This document shows, in pieces, positions 13,557-27,060 of a stretch of DNA of 64,000 nt. The translations under genes were made by a program, and so were the position numbers. The DNA lies in contig JBEWZL010000232.1 of NCBI GenBank assembly GCA_045837725.1, positions 62,001 through 126,000 on the forward strand, given 5' to 3'. The number at the start of each line of letters is the position of its first letter. The first letter of the stretch is position 1. The DNA is from Vermamoeba vermiformis. Taxonomy: Eukaryota. Below the pieces are notes generated by a model that was not told the DNA's origin, did not search any database, and worked only from the letters and a program-made list of their open reading frames with translations.

Positions 13557-14667
13557 ATGGCGACAAAAGTAACTACGACGAAACTAATGGCTACATCCGC
13601 CTCGACTAAGTATGTTTCGATTACCCTCTAATGGTAGCCTTAAGTGGTTATATAGCTATCGAAATTCGAATTTTCCAATTTATACGCAAGAAGCCACACT
13701 GCGATTTTGACACGCAGGATCAAGTCAGTTATAAAATACTAAAAATAGAGCTTCTAGGTCAACCCGGCCTCCACAAGACAACTACTACTCTTATGCCATG
13801 ATGTTACTCATGAAAAGCCAGCTTGGCAAAAATACGGATGGTGAGATCCAACCGAAGAAATTCTTTCATATAAACGAAAAATTAATGTGCTTATCATTTA
13901 GAGGACTTCATGGGCAAGTTTATTGCGGTACTTAAGATGGCTCCCAAGGATAAGACAAAGATGCCCTCATCTGAAGATACAAACATGAAATTCTCCAAGG
14001 AAACGATCCGCGAGTTTGAAACTCGTTACGCGTAAGCACGTGGAGCTCGAATTAGGCTCTATTACGTTACTACAACTATGATTATTAGTGACATCGTACC
14101 TCTTGGACCCAACACTAATATAACGCTGAGCAACACGATGACACGCCGCATGGCCCTTTTCCTGAAACTTTATTTAAAGGGCGCTAAAAACGTCAAACTG
14201 CCTTCGATCTCTTCATACTGTTGTACGTCTATATGCCCATTAGTAACCAAAAGCGTTTAACAGTATTCTATTTTTAGGTTTCAAGATGCGTGGAGAGCAT
14301 TACGCCGTCGAAAAGACTGGACTTCTCATTTATGTAAGCAAGCCGAATAGATTACAGTTTCGATATAGTCTAGAACTAATTTTATTCTTATCAGATCGAC
14401 AAGTCGATGCTGATTGCCAAGGTAACGCGCGTCATTTCGGTGGATGTGTTGACCTTTACGAGCGATGACCAGCCCGATAACGAAGCTACCTCGCATACGT
14501 TCATGTTCGCCTTAATGGCACCGTTACGCAACCGCAAGTTCGAAGCTGAACAGGTCTATCCGCTCGGCTGGTACGCTCCTATTGTTCGCCCAGTTGAATT
14601 TGAAGAGCATGAAGGCGAATGGTACTCCGCTGGCTACAACATTCCGAGCGACCTTGATCATGAATAA
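13557..14667 (+). CDS. Hypothetical protein, paralog A of a tandem pair (multi-exon)
   Basis: Spliced exons YSYAMMLLMKSQL / FSKETIREFETRYA / DIVPLGPNTNITLSN / RGEHYAVEKTGLLIY / IDKSMLIAKVTRVISVDVLTF...YPLGWYAPIVRPV align with the neighbouring paralog. Start codon tentative. Confidence 0.65.
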
Positions 14668-14972
14668 TGGCATCTTTATCCAAGGCTGTTTTACTTTGTT
14701 TATTGATACAAATTGTACGCATTCTGCATATAAGTCAATTTATATAAAAATATTTCGTTAAGTCCAGAATTGAATTATGACATTCATACCACGCGTTAAG
14801 TAGATTCTTGGATAGCCTCCCAAAGATCTATAAATTAACTAACCCTTATTTAGACTTAGAATTTTGAACCTCGCTTACATTTGGATAAAACAAGCTGCCA
14901 AAAGAGTCGATTTCAATTTCCTTCAACTAACTGAAAGCCACGACAGAGGTTACAAGACTATAGTAAGTTCCG

Positions 14973-16176
14973 ATGTCCTCCAAGATCAAGCGAAGAAATG
15001 CCAAGCAAAAGGGATCTGCATCTGGCAATGCGTAAGTTGCCAAGCTAAAATCTTCTTTTTGTTGACGCTTTTTGAAGTCAGCGACCTGTCGCCGCTCAGT
15101 CCGGGCCGGCTTGGCCAAGCCGTATGTATTACTAATAACCAAAATAAGGACGCTATTGATCTTCAATTTCATAGAGCCAGAACAAGTCCAGCAGAAGTAC
15201 CCAACCGCGATCCATCGTTTCTTCCCAAATATAACCATAGTTCCAAATATAGGGTTTCAGGTCCGCAGGATAATTATTGGTCTTATGCGTTAATGTTGCT
15301 TATGAAGGCTCAGTTGCGCCAGATCATGGATAGTAAGTGGACATCCGTTAGTTTTATTGCTACTAACATTAACACCGTCAGGCGACTTCGTGGGCAAGCT
15401 TCTTCCACTTATTCATATGACGCCAGAAGACCCAAGAAGACGCCTAAGACCTGAAGACGTAGATAGCGCATTCTCCGCCGAAACGATCCGCGATTTTGAA
15501 ACTCGTTACGCGTAAGCACTTGGAGCTCGAATTAGCCTCTATTACGTTACTAGAATTATTACTATTAGTGAAATCGTACCTCTTGGACCCAACAACACTA
15601 ATATAACGCTGAGCAACATGATGACACGCTGCATCGAATTGTTCCTGAAGCTGCACTTGAAAGGCATCAAAAGTGCCAAACCAATGTCGATCTCTGCATT
15701 CAGTGGTACGGCGAGTGACGTGCAATAACTTGATTCTCAATACCGCAGTTACTAATTGGTTTGTCGTTAGCATTTTTGGCACGTGGTGAGCGATACAAGT
15801 GCAACGAGACTGGACTTCTATTTTACGTAAATCGATCTTAGATTCCATTTTCTAATGAGAGCTAGTACTAATATGAATTAATTAGATGGATAAGGAAGTT
15901 ATAGTAGGCAAAATTACCCGCGTCTTGTCCGTGGATGTCTTGACTTTCGAGGACGACTTCCAACAAGAAGAAGATGGCGAGCACCATACGTTCCACTTCA
16001 TGCTTTTGAAACCACTGCGCGACGGCCAGTTTGAAGCTGAAGAGATCTACCCGCTCGGCTGGTACGCGTCCATCATTCGGCCTGTTGACTTCGATGAGAA
16101 TGATGGAGTGTGGTGCACTTACGCGTACGATATTAAATGCGACCTCGACAACGACGTATTGTCAGACAGCGAGTAA
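14973..16176 (+). CDS. Hypothetical protein, paralog B of a tandem pair (multi-exon)
   Basis: YWSYALMLLMKAQL / FSAETIRDFETRYA / EIVPLGPNNTNITLSN / RGERYKCNETGLLFY / MDKEVIVGKITRVLSVDVLTF...YPLGWYASIIRPV, with the same intron positions as paralog A. 5' exons uncertain. Confidence 0.65.
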
Positions 16177-16859
16177 TGTAGTACGCGCGCTAGATCCGCA
16201 AGAGTAACCCTTGCGGAAGGTTTCAGCTTTTGTTAGTAAATATACGTTGCCCGTGCAATTATCACGTTATCGCGCTAGTGATTTATAATTATTAATGCCG
16301 TTAGGAAGCGAAGTAAAATATTTTCAATGAATGGATGGGAATCCGGAGAATTTTAAGAATTGAATTTTGCTTATTTTGAATGCACTTGTGACCTAATAAT
16401 AATAACGTTTGCTTCTATATTATAATTAATAGCACAAAAAACTCAATAAAACGTGGATTCAGAATTTAAATTTAGCAGAGCAGCAAAAAATTCCTTAACT
16501 GGTCAAAATGCAGGGTTTACTTTTGCTGATGATTATATAAACATAAAATAATTAGTGGCGAATATTTGTAGCAATTTTAACAACATTCTAGAAGTAGAGA
16601 ATAAATTGAACTTTTGATCAAGAATACTTCGTGTATTTTAGAGCGCTAAAGTTGTAAACAAAGAATTGTACATAAGGAATATAATGTCATAATGCTCGAG
16701 GCGTTAAATTTGCAATTAGATTCATAAGAAGGTCTTACGGTCAACGAAAGAGCAAGATGTGGTCCAAAGGCTCGATGTGGATGTAGATATGCGGCCTATC
16801 GTAAATGTCTTGAACCACAACTCCGCGAATGCACGATATTCCTAAAAGTAGCTGAATTT

Positions 16860-16869
16860 AGAAGCTTCT
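16860..16869. promoter_or_regulatory. Possible partial heat-shock element upstream of polyubiquitin
   Basis: aGAAgcTTCt about 140 nt before the ATG, plus aTTCtaGAAg at 16585-16594. Each has only two nGAAn units. Confidence 0.3.
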
Positions 16870-16905
16870 TCATTGGCCAGAAATCACGCGCGTTCTCGAG
16901 ATTGA

Positions 16906-17925
<1,020 letters not shown>

Positions 17926-18114
17926 ACGAAGCTGCTTTGTAACGGCTAGCGCACGAATGCGCTAATAAACTGTGTTTTACTCTAATAATTGTCTCTTTTA
18001 TTGCAAGCACAACTAAGTGCTAATCAGGTGGTATATCAAGCACGTTGCGATACTTTTATTGGTGGCGTAAGTACAATTACGGTAAAGTAACTCCATCCAT
18101 GGATGTGGGATCCA

Positions 18115-18677
18115 TTAATTAGTTTTCTTCTTGGTCACAGCTGCGGCCTTATTGTTCACTGTAGCTCGTGCCGATCTATGCAATAGAAGTGCGCGAAGTA
18201 AGAAGCCAAACAGCGCCACTGAGGCCGTGATATCGAGTACTGAAAGCAACACATCTCCGAACAGGAGCGAAGTACCGAAAATTAAGCCAAAGACCTCATC
18301 GAAGTTCTTGGCTGACAATACAGCGGATATGAAAGGGCCAATTTGAGGAATAACCGCGTTAACTACGAACCCTGGCAAATCTGATCGCCACTGTAGTTGC
18401 GCGATTGCAGCCACAGTTCCTCCAGCAACTAAGGTATAATATTAGGCGATTTTGTATCGATTTATTTCAATTTGATAGTGTTGTAGTTCTTACGGATCGT
18501 TGTAACCTTGATCCAGCGGCCAGATGAGGCAGATATAATGGCTAATATGGCCACAAAGGACTTCCATGCTGATAAAATTATGGATTCGGATGCTCCCAAG
18601 ACCACAATAAACGCGACCAGCGTTAGGTGGATCACAAGAGCAAATATTGAGATGAATAGCAGAGATTTTGATAGCAT
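18115..18677 (-). CDS. Small multi-pass membrane protein (2 exons), function unknown
   Basis: Two hydrophobic ORFs join in frame through a GTAAGA...TAG intron (about 18429-18494); about 4-5 hydrophobic segments and a basic C-tail. Confidence 0.6.
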
Positions 18678-18960
18678 CGTTTGACTGCTTGTGCTACGCG
18701 ATTGAATTGAAACGCTTAATCTTGCGAAGATGAACCCAGAAATTTATGTGCTTTCCGAAGATTTTTTGTGGGACTTAAGGTGATTAGAAAGTCAAAAACC
18801 TTCCGTGGAGTCGCTCAAAAGAGGGATTTCAAACACAACAAGGCTCGTTCACTATTTTTGGAAGGAAAAGACACTTGGCGGGGTCGAGAAGGAGATGCGG
18901 GGTACAGCAATAGATAATTTTATTAAAAATAAATAACAGCACAACTATCCGACATCGTTG

Positions 18961-21900
18961 TTAACATTTACATTTCGGATCAGGAATAGCGCCCGGGCCA
19001 GGGTTCTCAGGATCCAGTACAATTGCTTGACCCTTCAGATTGCTATTGATATTCGTACCAGCGTATGTATTGGTATCAACATTAGGTGTTCCGTGGTCGA
19101 GCATAGTCTGGTAGATATCTAATAACAAACAACGTTAGAAAAACAGTTCGGATTTCGCTTATGAAAAATAATTAAGGCTAGAGCGGATCTGAAGTGGATG
19201 GAAATATAGAAATAAATATGTATGAGACAATAGTGTACCTTTTAGTGTCATTTGGAAGGCGCGAGTAACGTTTGTAGAATCCAAAGCGGATGTTTCCAAA
19301 AAACTCATTTCATGGCGCTTAGCAAAGTCAGTAGCCTCCTCAACGGTGACTTGGCGTGCAGTGCTCAAGTCACATTTGTTGCCCAGCAAGACGAGCACGC
19401 AATGAGGGTTCGATGAAAAAGTCTTAATTTCTCGAATCCAGCTGTCCACTCGCCTGTATGAGTTTCTGTTGGTAATGTCGTATACGACGATAGCACCCAT
19501 AGCTCCTCGGTAGTATCTGTATTGAAATTTCCTGTTAGTAACGCTGCACTAAAAAATTCAAGCAAGATCCATAAAACTTACTGTCGTGTAACGGCTTTGT
19601 ATCGCTCTTGACCAGCTAATAGATGCAAAGTATATTAGTATATGTTCATATTGCCGTATTGTAAATATAATTTGGTGCGTCTGAGCGCAATTTTTACATC
19701 GGATCCATGAAGCTAAAATTCTCCAGTACGAAAACTTACCAGTATCCCACAACTGCACTTTAATGACCTTATCTTTAACTTCGTAGTTCTTAATAGCAAA
19801 TTCGATACCAATAGTCGCGGTAGTATCTGATTTGAATTCGTTGCGCATGAATCTAGTGAACAGATTCGTTTTGCCGACTCCAGATTCGCCAATAAGAATT
19901 ACTTTGAAGAGCATGTTGTGAGTAACATCTTCTGAGACCTCTGTTTCGGCCGAGAACTAAAAACAAACTCGAGTTAGGCCACATCCGCATCCGTTGTTAC
20001 AAAACTCAAATTAACTAAGGTTATTTCAATATCAAATTTGATAAATCGTATTAAAATATCATTAATAATAAATACAATAAATTACTTACAAGTTCAGGTA
20101 CTCGTCGAACAAAGTCCAACTTGATGCGGACGCAAGGCGACAAACCAGAAGGTCGTTTCTTTGAGCGCTTTTCGACCTTGTACCACTGATCGACAGTAGC
20201 ACCGTCATTGACATTAGACAATGGCACTGCTGCTTTGCCCAAGAACTTGGGTCCTTTTTTCAGATTCGCGTAAACTCCGACAAATAGCCGCGAAGCGTGC
20301 AAATCGTTTGTCTCACTATAATTACGATATGTTAGTGTAATGAATATAAAGCATATGATAGCACTATGCTTACAATTCGTAAGACTCTTCCCACTTTGGA
20401 TTAGTTGACTTCTTGTAAGTACCGCTCGTCTTTTGTTCTTTTTCAAAAATGCATTTGCAGAAGAAATCTCCTTCTTTGGCCATCAGTTCTTTAGCCTCGA
20501 CGACTAATAAAAAAAGTAAGGTTAAATCATCGTTTGCAAGCAAAGTTCAAGTTCGATCCGGGTTAAACTTACTGTCGACCTTTAACTTGCCCTTGATCGG
20601 TCGCTTAGATGCTTTCTATAATATTATAGTGGTTAGTATGATACATTATAATTGTATTAAGTTAGGATTCATTTTTAATGAACAACTGATCCGATCGGAT
20701 CACGTGATCTTGAACACAAAATTTCATTCACTAGTTATTATATCGTTATGATAAGCATAGAATACGTACCGGCTTGGGACCCATATCATCTTCGCGCATG
20801 CTTTGCTCGTCATCGGGGTCATCATCGTCGTCGTCATCATTGTTGTTATGACTGCCCGATCTGTCTCGTCCAGATCGACCACGTGCAGAGCCAGGACGAT
20901 AACCATCGGCGTATTGGAACGTGACCTTGACTTGAATATCGCCTGTAATGTCGTTGCTGGCTTTCTTCTTTTGCAAAGGTAGCCACTTGAAGAACTCACG
21001 TTCACCTGCAATATCTGACAGGGGAATAGCAACAATACCCTAGTCATCGCGGATGGATTAGTTTAAATGGTATTATAATATGCATAACGATCGTAGTAAA
21101 GGGAGTGATGTCGTACCAGAAATTCATTGCCTTTCTTCGTTCGATCCAAAATCGTGATGCGAAGTTTGGCGTTTTCACTGTACACCTTACTGTTATTGAA
21201 AATACATTAGTAATTGAACACTATAGATCGTTATACTGGTGTGACTTACAAGTCGAAAGGCTCGTTCCATTCAGGATTGACATTCTCTTTGATGACGTTG
21301 GTTTCAAACTGTTGGCCTTGCAGTTGCAGTTCACAGAACGGGTCCGCTTGTCGTGATTTGTGCAGTGTGGTCAAGTTGCGTGCTTGGAGGACTGAGAATA
21401 AGGGTTAGATTTCAGCGTTCATGAACGGCGTTAATCTGACGTACCATCCACGTGCATGTCGCCGATAGGGTCCTTGCTGGCGTATTCTTCGGGGTCATCG
21501 TCTGACTCGTCAATGGGCTCGGCATAAGGCTCAAACTTCAAGCGCAAAAGAACCTTGCCGCAAGTCTCGCCCTTGTCCTTCTTAGGGAAGAGATCGTACC
21601 ACTTCTTGACTTCCTTATTTGGTTCTAAATCATCGTTCTCGACCTTAGCCCTCGCCAAGAGGTTGTCTGACTTCTCTTTGTCCTTGTAGATTTCAACTTT
21701 GAATGTTGATTTCAAGTCTTTCACAGTACTATTGCGAACATTAGTAATGTACCAATCCTAAGAGTTATATATGAAGTACTTACAATACAAAGTTGTCCTT
21801 GAAGCGAGGAATCTTCGAGGCATTAACCGGGTCCGTGACAATGTTTTGTTTCTCAAAGTTGCACACTGCAACCATCTGCTTGGCATCGGCGAGGTCGAAT

Positions 21901-24097
21901 GTGTTGTCGAACTTGCCTTCAACGCCGTACACGTACAATTTACCAACTGTCACGCTCTTCACGGCGTTCTTGATGACTTTGAATGGCTGCACAGCACCTC
22001 CTTTCCTAAAGATTGCATTGTCGTTAGAATCAAGGCCATGAACGTGCTCGTGTCACGTGACACAATGAAATAAGTCCACTTACTTTTTTCTGCGTCGTCG
22101 ACCACCATCACCGTCTTCACTGTCTTCCATTTCAGTGGCGCTTTCGCTGATGGAATCATCGTCATCGTCATCACCTGAACCACGCATTGAACGACGAGAG
22201 GAACTTCTGCGCTTCAGTCTACGGCCTACAGACACAAGTTAGGAGATAAATAAGTTACGAACATATCATTCGAGCACGTACTGTCACGATCACTGCCGCT
22301 GTCCTCATCGCCACCGTCACGCACACGTGATCGGGACTCGCTCTTGCGCATTCGAGCAGCCTTCAACGGTGCACCAACACTGAATCTGAGACGAATCTCG
22401 GGACTAGCACCCTTCTTCTTGCTCGTCATGGGGTAGTACTTGTCACGTGATTTGCCTTTGATTTCTTTCATCGGCACTGACGCTACTGCCACTTTCTCGT
22501 CTTTGTCGCACAAAGCTACGGTGAACATGCACTCGTCTTCTTTCATCTTGTCGTCGAGTAAGCTACAACACGAACGGTCAGTAGGTGAATTTGAAGGTAC
22601 GATAATGCTGCAGTCAGTACTTACAATTTGTCCTTTGAGTTGAAATTCAAACTTTCTTCTTTGGTCTCAGCTGCATCAGCTTTGAACTTGCCGCTGCCCA
22701 TTTTAATCTTAACATTCGGGTGTTTCAAGCCTGACACGCCTTTCACGTCCAAGACTGAAGCACAATATTCATTAAGCACGTGCATATATAATTTTAGCTA
22801 TCATAACTTACCTTCGAAGTAGAGCGAGTTCTCCATGTCCACCTACGGAAAAATTTTCAGTTAAAAAAGTGTTACTGACCAATCGAAAACTCCATTAAAA
22901 GTGCACGTGTTACTCTCGCAAAAAGTGTAGTGTATAATAGGTCCCTAGTACTATAATACACGGGCATATGCAACGGTGACTTACCTCTTCTGAGCCCTTG
23001 AATGAAGCTCGAATGTGTAACTTGGGATTTCCTTCAGTCTTCTTTGACCGCTTTTCCAATTGAAACCAACCGTCTGTAGTCTTCTTATTTACAATGTCTT
23101 TCACGATAAAGTTGCATTGACCCAAGAACTCGTCTTTTGATCGGTCATAATCGTATACGTGAATTTTGATTTCATCTTCCAAGTTGTCAATATCACTATA
23201 ACGAATTGGTTAGACCGTGAGTATCGCCAATTAATGTAATTAAAGCAAAAATAATGGTCTGAAAGTGTTTGAAAGCGACATAAAATGCGCATAAATAATT
23301 TTGGTTATTTTAGCTACAAATCAATTGTTTTCGCTATTAATGCTATATTATTGTTAAAATATTGCTTGATATTACTATTATGCTTGCATAATATCGTTAG
23401 ATTAGCAAATAATTGAGTCGAAAGTTCGGATAATTTTGTTACTCGTGTTAACAGTGTTTCATAATCGCTAAAATACGTACAAATTAAATGATTCGTTCCA
23501 ACGAGGATTTAAATTCTTTTCAACCACTTTTGTACGGTGTTTTTGATCGCCTAATCGCAATTTAACATAGGGATTTCCTGCGTCTAATGAACAAGGTTAA
23601 AATTGATTATAATCGTATAAAATTAATTATTATAATAATTTAGTGTTTATAGAGTATATTCATGCAAGATTTTGTTAGTTTCTTTGAAAACGAGTATTTG
23701 GAGGTTAATTTGTATTGAAAATTCGAAAAATTGATTGTATTTCAAACGATGCAATTGTAATTTGAGTATCTATATATAATATGGAGTATAATAATGGTAC
23801 TTACTTGCTTTGCAAACCAAGCCGTTTGCTTCAACAACTAAATTGAATAAAAATTAATTTTTTATTGCTCGCGATCTAGTTATTGATAAAAGACTAGCTG
23901 ATTATTGATAAATACATATTATATACGCATAATTTATGGGTTAAATTCGTTAGTAATATCATGCAAAGAATTGCCGAAAGATCGGATTGTCGCGCTCAAA
24001 ATGTATTCAATGAAATTGAGTATCGGCAAGCGACAATATTGTATATATTAATTAATATAATATACGTACTATCTAATTTGATTGTTCCTTGAGCCAT
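18961..24097 (-). CDS. Five-C2-domain + Rab11-like small GTPase fusion protein with C-terminal CxC
   Basis: Continuous in-frame splice path from MAQGTIKLDIVEANGL..NPYVKLRLG..LNPRWNESF through five C2 domains into LFKVILIGESGVGKT, IGIEF, WDTAGQERY, YYRGA, GNKCDL, ETSAL, ending PKCKC*. Confidence 0.85.
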
Positions 24098-25800
24098 TCT
24101 ACTTGCTTTTCCTGATTTCATTATACAGATTAAAAATTGAGAGTTTCAATTATATTAATTAGTTGTTGCATTTCAAGCAATAATGTATCGATTAAAATTA
24201 ACGAGCAATTAAACAGATTACATAGCAGGTAAATAATCGCTCGACATAACGAACAAAAGTCATCGAAATCCAATCCAACTTACCGATCAAATTTCCTTTT
24301 TACAAATAGCCATAAGATACTTAAAATATATATACTGTACAAGTTGTTTCTACTACTATCCTAATTACTACTGCGTTCTATTGTGTACAATTAAAATAAC
24401 CGTTTCACTTTCAAATTTAATTGAAAATCTTTTTTTAATCTCCCGCAACTGAACGAACTTGAAGAGCATAAAGACCTTATTTACACTACCTCAATAATAA
24501 CATATTATAAGTACAAGCACCTTGTACTCAGCCGATCAGCTGCAGCGGTTTAGCGGGATTTGAACAAAACGAAATGGAGCCTACTTGTAGAGCACTGCCT
24601 CAATTATTTACGGCAAATGCACGTTAATAATTACGCAATAATTATTGGCAGATGTATGCAAATGATTTACAGTCCATTGAATTTGGGAGCTTTTTGGCTA
24701 AAGGACGCACGTAAGTTCTTACCAACCTCAATATTAATTAATAATCATAATAATCGCCATGACACTTTAAGTACTGCTAAACAAGTAATAACTTAGCACC
24801 AAGTGGTGATAAAAAAGTATTTATAAGCCTTTTTTTACGCCTACCAACGAATAATCTTCGACGCAAACGTACGCACCGCGTATTAATAATGCATTAAATA
24901 ATAATTTTGCACTTCTTGATTTTTTTTCCTAGTGGATGTTGGACATTGCAAATATTAATCAATTTTCTGCCCCGTGTACGATCGCTCGGATATTCGTACA
25001 AATTGCCCGCAATTGTCTTGAAGAATTCGTTCGGAGCATAGAGCGATACGCATTCTACGTCCTGTAGTATTAATTTGTGTTGTGCTTCGCTATGTGGCAA
25101 CAGACACAAAAAAAATTTATTAACCGGCCATTGTACGCCACGTCTTTCCATTAGATCGTTATAATAGCATCCTAATAATGCGTTTATTTAGTATTATGAA
25201 TTTATTGAATCAGATCTAAACTCCGGACTGTGTATTTGTTCGGGGAGTTGCGTGGTGTCAAATCAATACCACACTATTCGCGTTACATGAACTGTTCATA
25301 TTATATTCTAGCTTGCATTAAACCAACCGAAGCATCACAGAGCTACCGTGCCATATAAAAACGTTGGACCGCAATTCATTATCAGAACCACGTTTCGAAA
25401 CGCGATTTAAGTTCCGAATATTCACGTTATAACACATGTAGATGAACATTAGTTAACAGGATTATCAAATTTTATTTGAATCAAGCAAAATTTTCGCCTT
25501 TTATGGCAATTTAGACGGAACGTTCTTTTCCGTGCCACGCGGTTGGTAAAAGAAACTGAATAGCAATGAACTATGTATGAGATGAAGGGGATTTTATTTT
25601 ACAAGAGGCTATTTTACATTATAAATACATTCGCAAAATTGGTTGGTTTGGTTCGGGTGTTTTAAAAATAGGAGTTCATCCCTTCAATCCAGTAATACAG
25701 AACTATGTCTTGATCTTCGCTTAGGTTTAACTAAATAGGATTACTTATTAGTTCACAATCTTGCACTTTGACTTTACAAATTAGTCGATTTCTGGCGGTT

Positions 25801-26347
25801 TTATGAAATTCGAAATCCAAACAAGGCCGTTTTGGCATTATGACTGAAATCAATACTTACATCTTCATGAATGGTCGCCAACTTTTGAGTATCTTCAAGT
25901 TGAATCATTGGCGTTGAATCAGAAGCTGAGATAAATATGCGGATTTGTGTTGGATCGTCCAAAAGTGACAGAGCGTCAATAAGATATTGCTTGTTTTGAA
26001 GTTTGTATTGATCATTGAATCCGTAAGACTCCATATTGCCATTCTTGATGATGGTTTTCGCGAGTTTAGCCATCTTGCGGGTTAATTTTCTGAAGATGTG
26101 TTTCTTAAGTTTGCCAATTGAAAGCGACTTGGGAGAAGTTAAATAAGGGTGCTTGAGTTCAATGATTGGTTGAGCGGAGGAGGAAGAAGGTCGAAGCTCG
26201 ATAGTAATAGAGTTCTGAATTTAAATTCGGGTTAGGATTGGTTCATGAAGGTTATCTAACACTTACTTCGTTCATTTCTTCTTCACCGAAGGCTTCGCCG
26301 CTATCGACAAGGTAGTAAAACTTGAGATCTGATTCCATTACGCTCAT
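25801..26347 (-). CDS. RAWUL (PCGF/RING1-type ubiquitin-like) domain protein with no visible RING
   Basis: ITIELRP...LKHPYLTSPKSLSIGKLKKHIFRKL ... IRIFI...LEDTQKLATI fits the RAWUL pattern; two exons. Confidence 0.5.
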
Positions 26348-27060
26348 CTGTTGTTGATGTTTCAAAAGTAAAAAGTTGAATGACATAAAAATAGCCGCGG
26401 ATTGTTTTTATTGTTTTTTGTCCGAAGAAAACACGTGGCATAAATTTGTTGTGATTGTGTGTTCAATTTGCCTAATAAAGCCTTTTTAAGGATTTCAGTT
26501 TGCCCTCGCGTGCTTATTTAGTGCAAAATCAAAATAGCATGCAGATCTCGAACTAAATTGGTGCAAATATCCCCCGTTAAAACACAAAGAACGCCTCTAC
26601 ACGCCGGCGAATTGATTTAGATTATTCTAGGTCCGACACCCAGATCACGCATACGCAGCCCGTATCACAATCTGTTGCCAAGCAGTGATGAAATTGACTT
26701 CCTTATGATAATAGCGACAGTATTTTGGAGATATTCAATTTCAGTTTGAATCGTAACTTAAATTTCCTCCGATCTATTTCGAGCGACATCCAAAAACATC
26801 TCGACGTTTCCGTCTAAGGAGAAAGTATACGTTCGCTACACCCTTCCGCTCTTGTTCAATATTAGATACCTTATTAGTAAATAGGAAACACAAACTCGGT
26901 TAAAATAACATCTTTACTTTCGTGTTTTGAGTCAAGATCATCGCGATCTGACTGTAAGTACTTAAATAACACCTATTCAACTAAGGTTGTCGCAAAACTG
27001 GTAGTATCATTCTTATAGGAATATATATTGCATAGACTTATTCGTTTTCCAAACGGGCGC

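Noticed and set aside
19558-19914. Independent Rab gene starting at MLFKVILIG
   Set aside because: That Met aligns inside the conserved YDYLFK segment, and an in-frame splice links it to the upstream C2 exon. A fusion is the better model.
24894-25151. 85-aa ORF faintly resembling a LicD-family C-terminus
   Set aside because: The similarity is too weak and upstream exons could not be built; needs a homology search.
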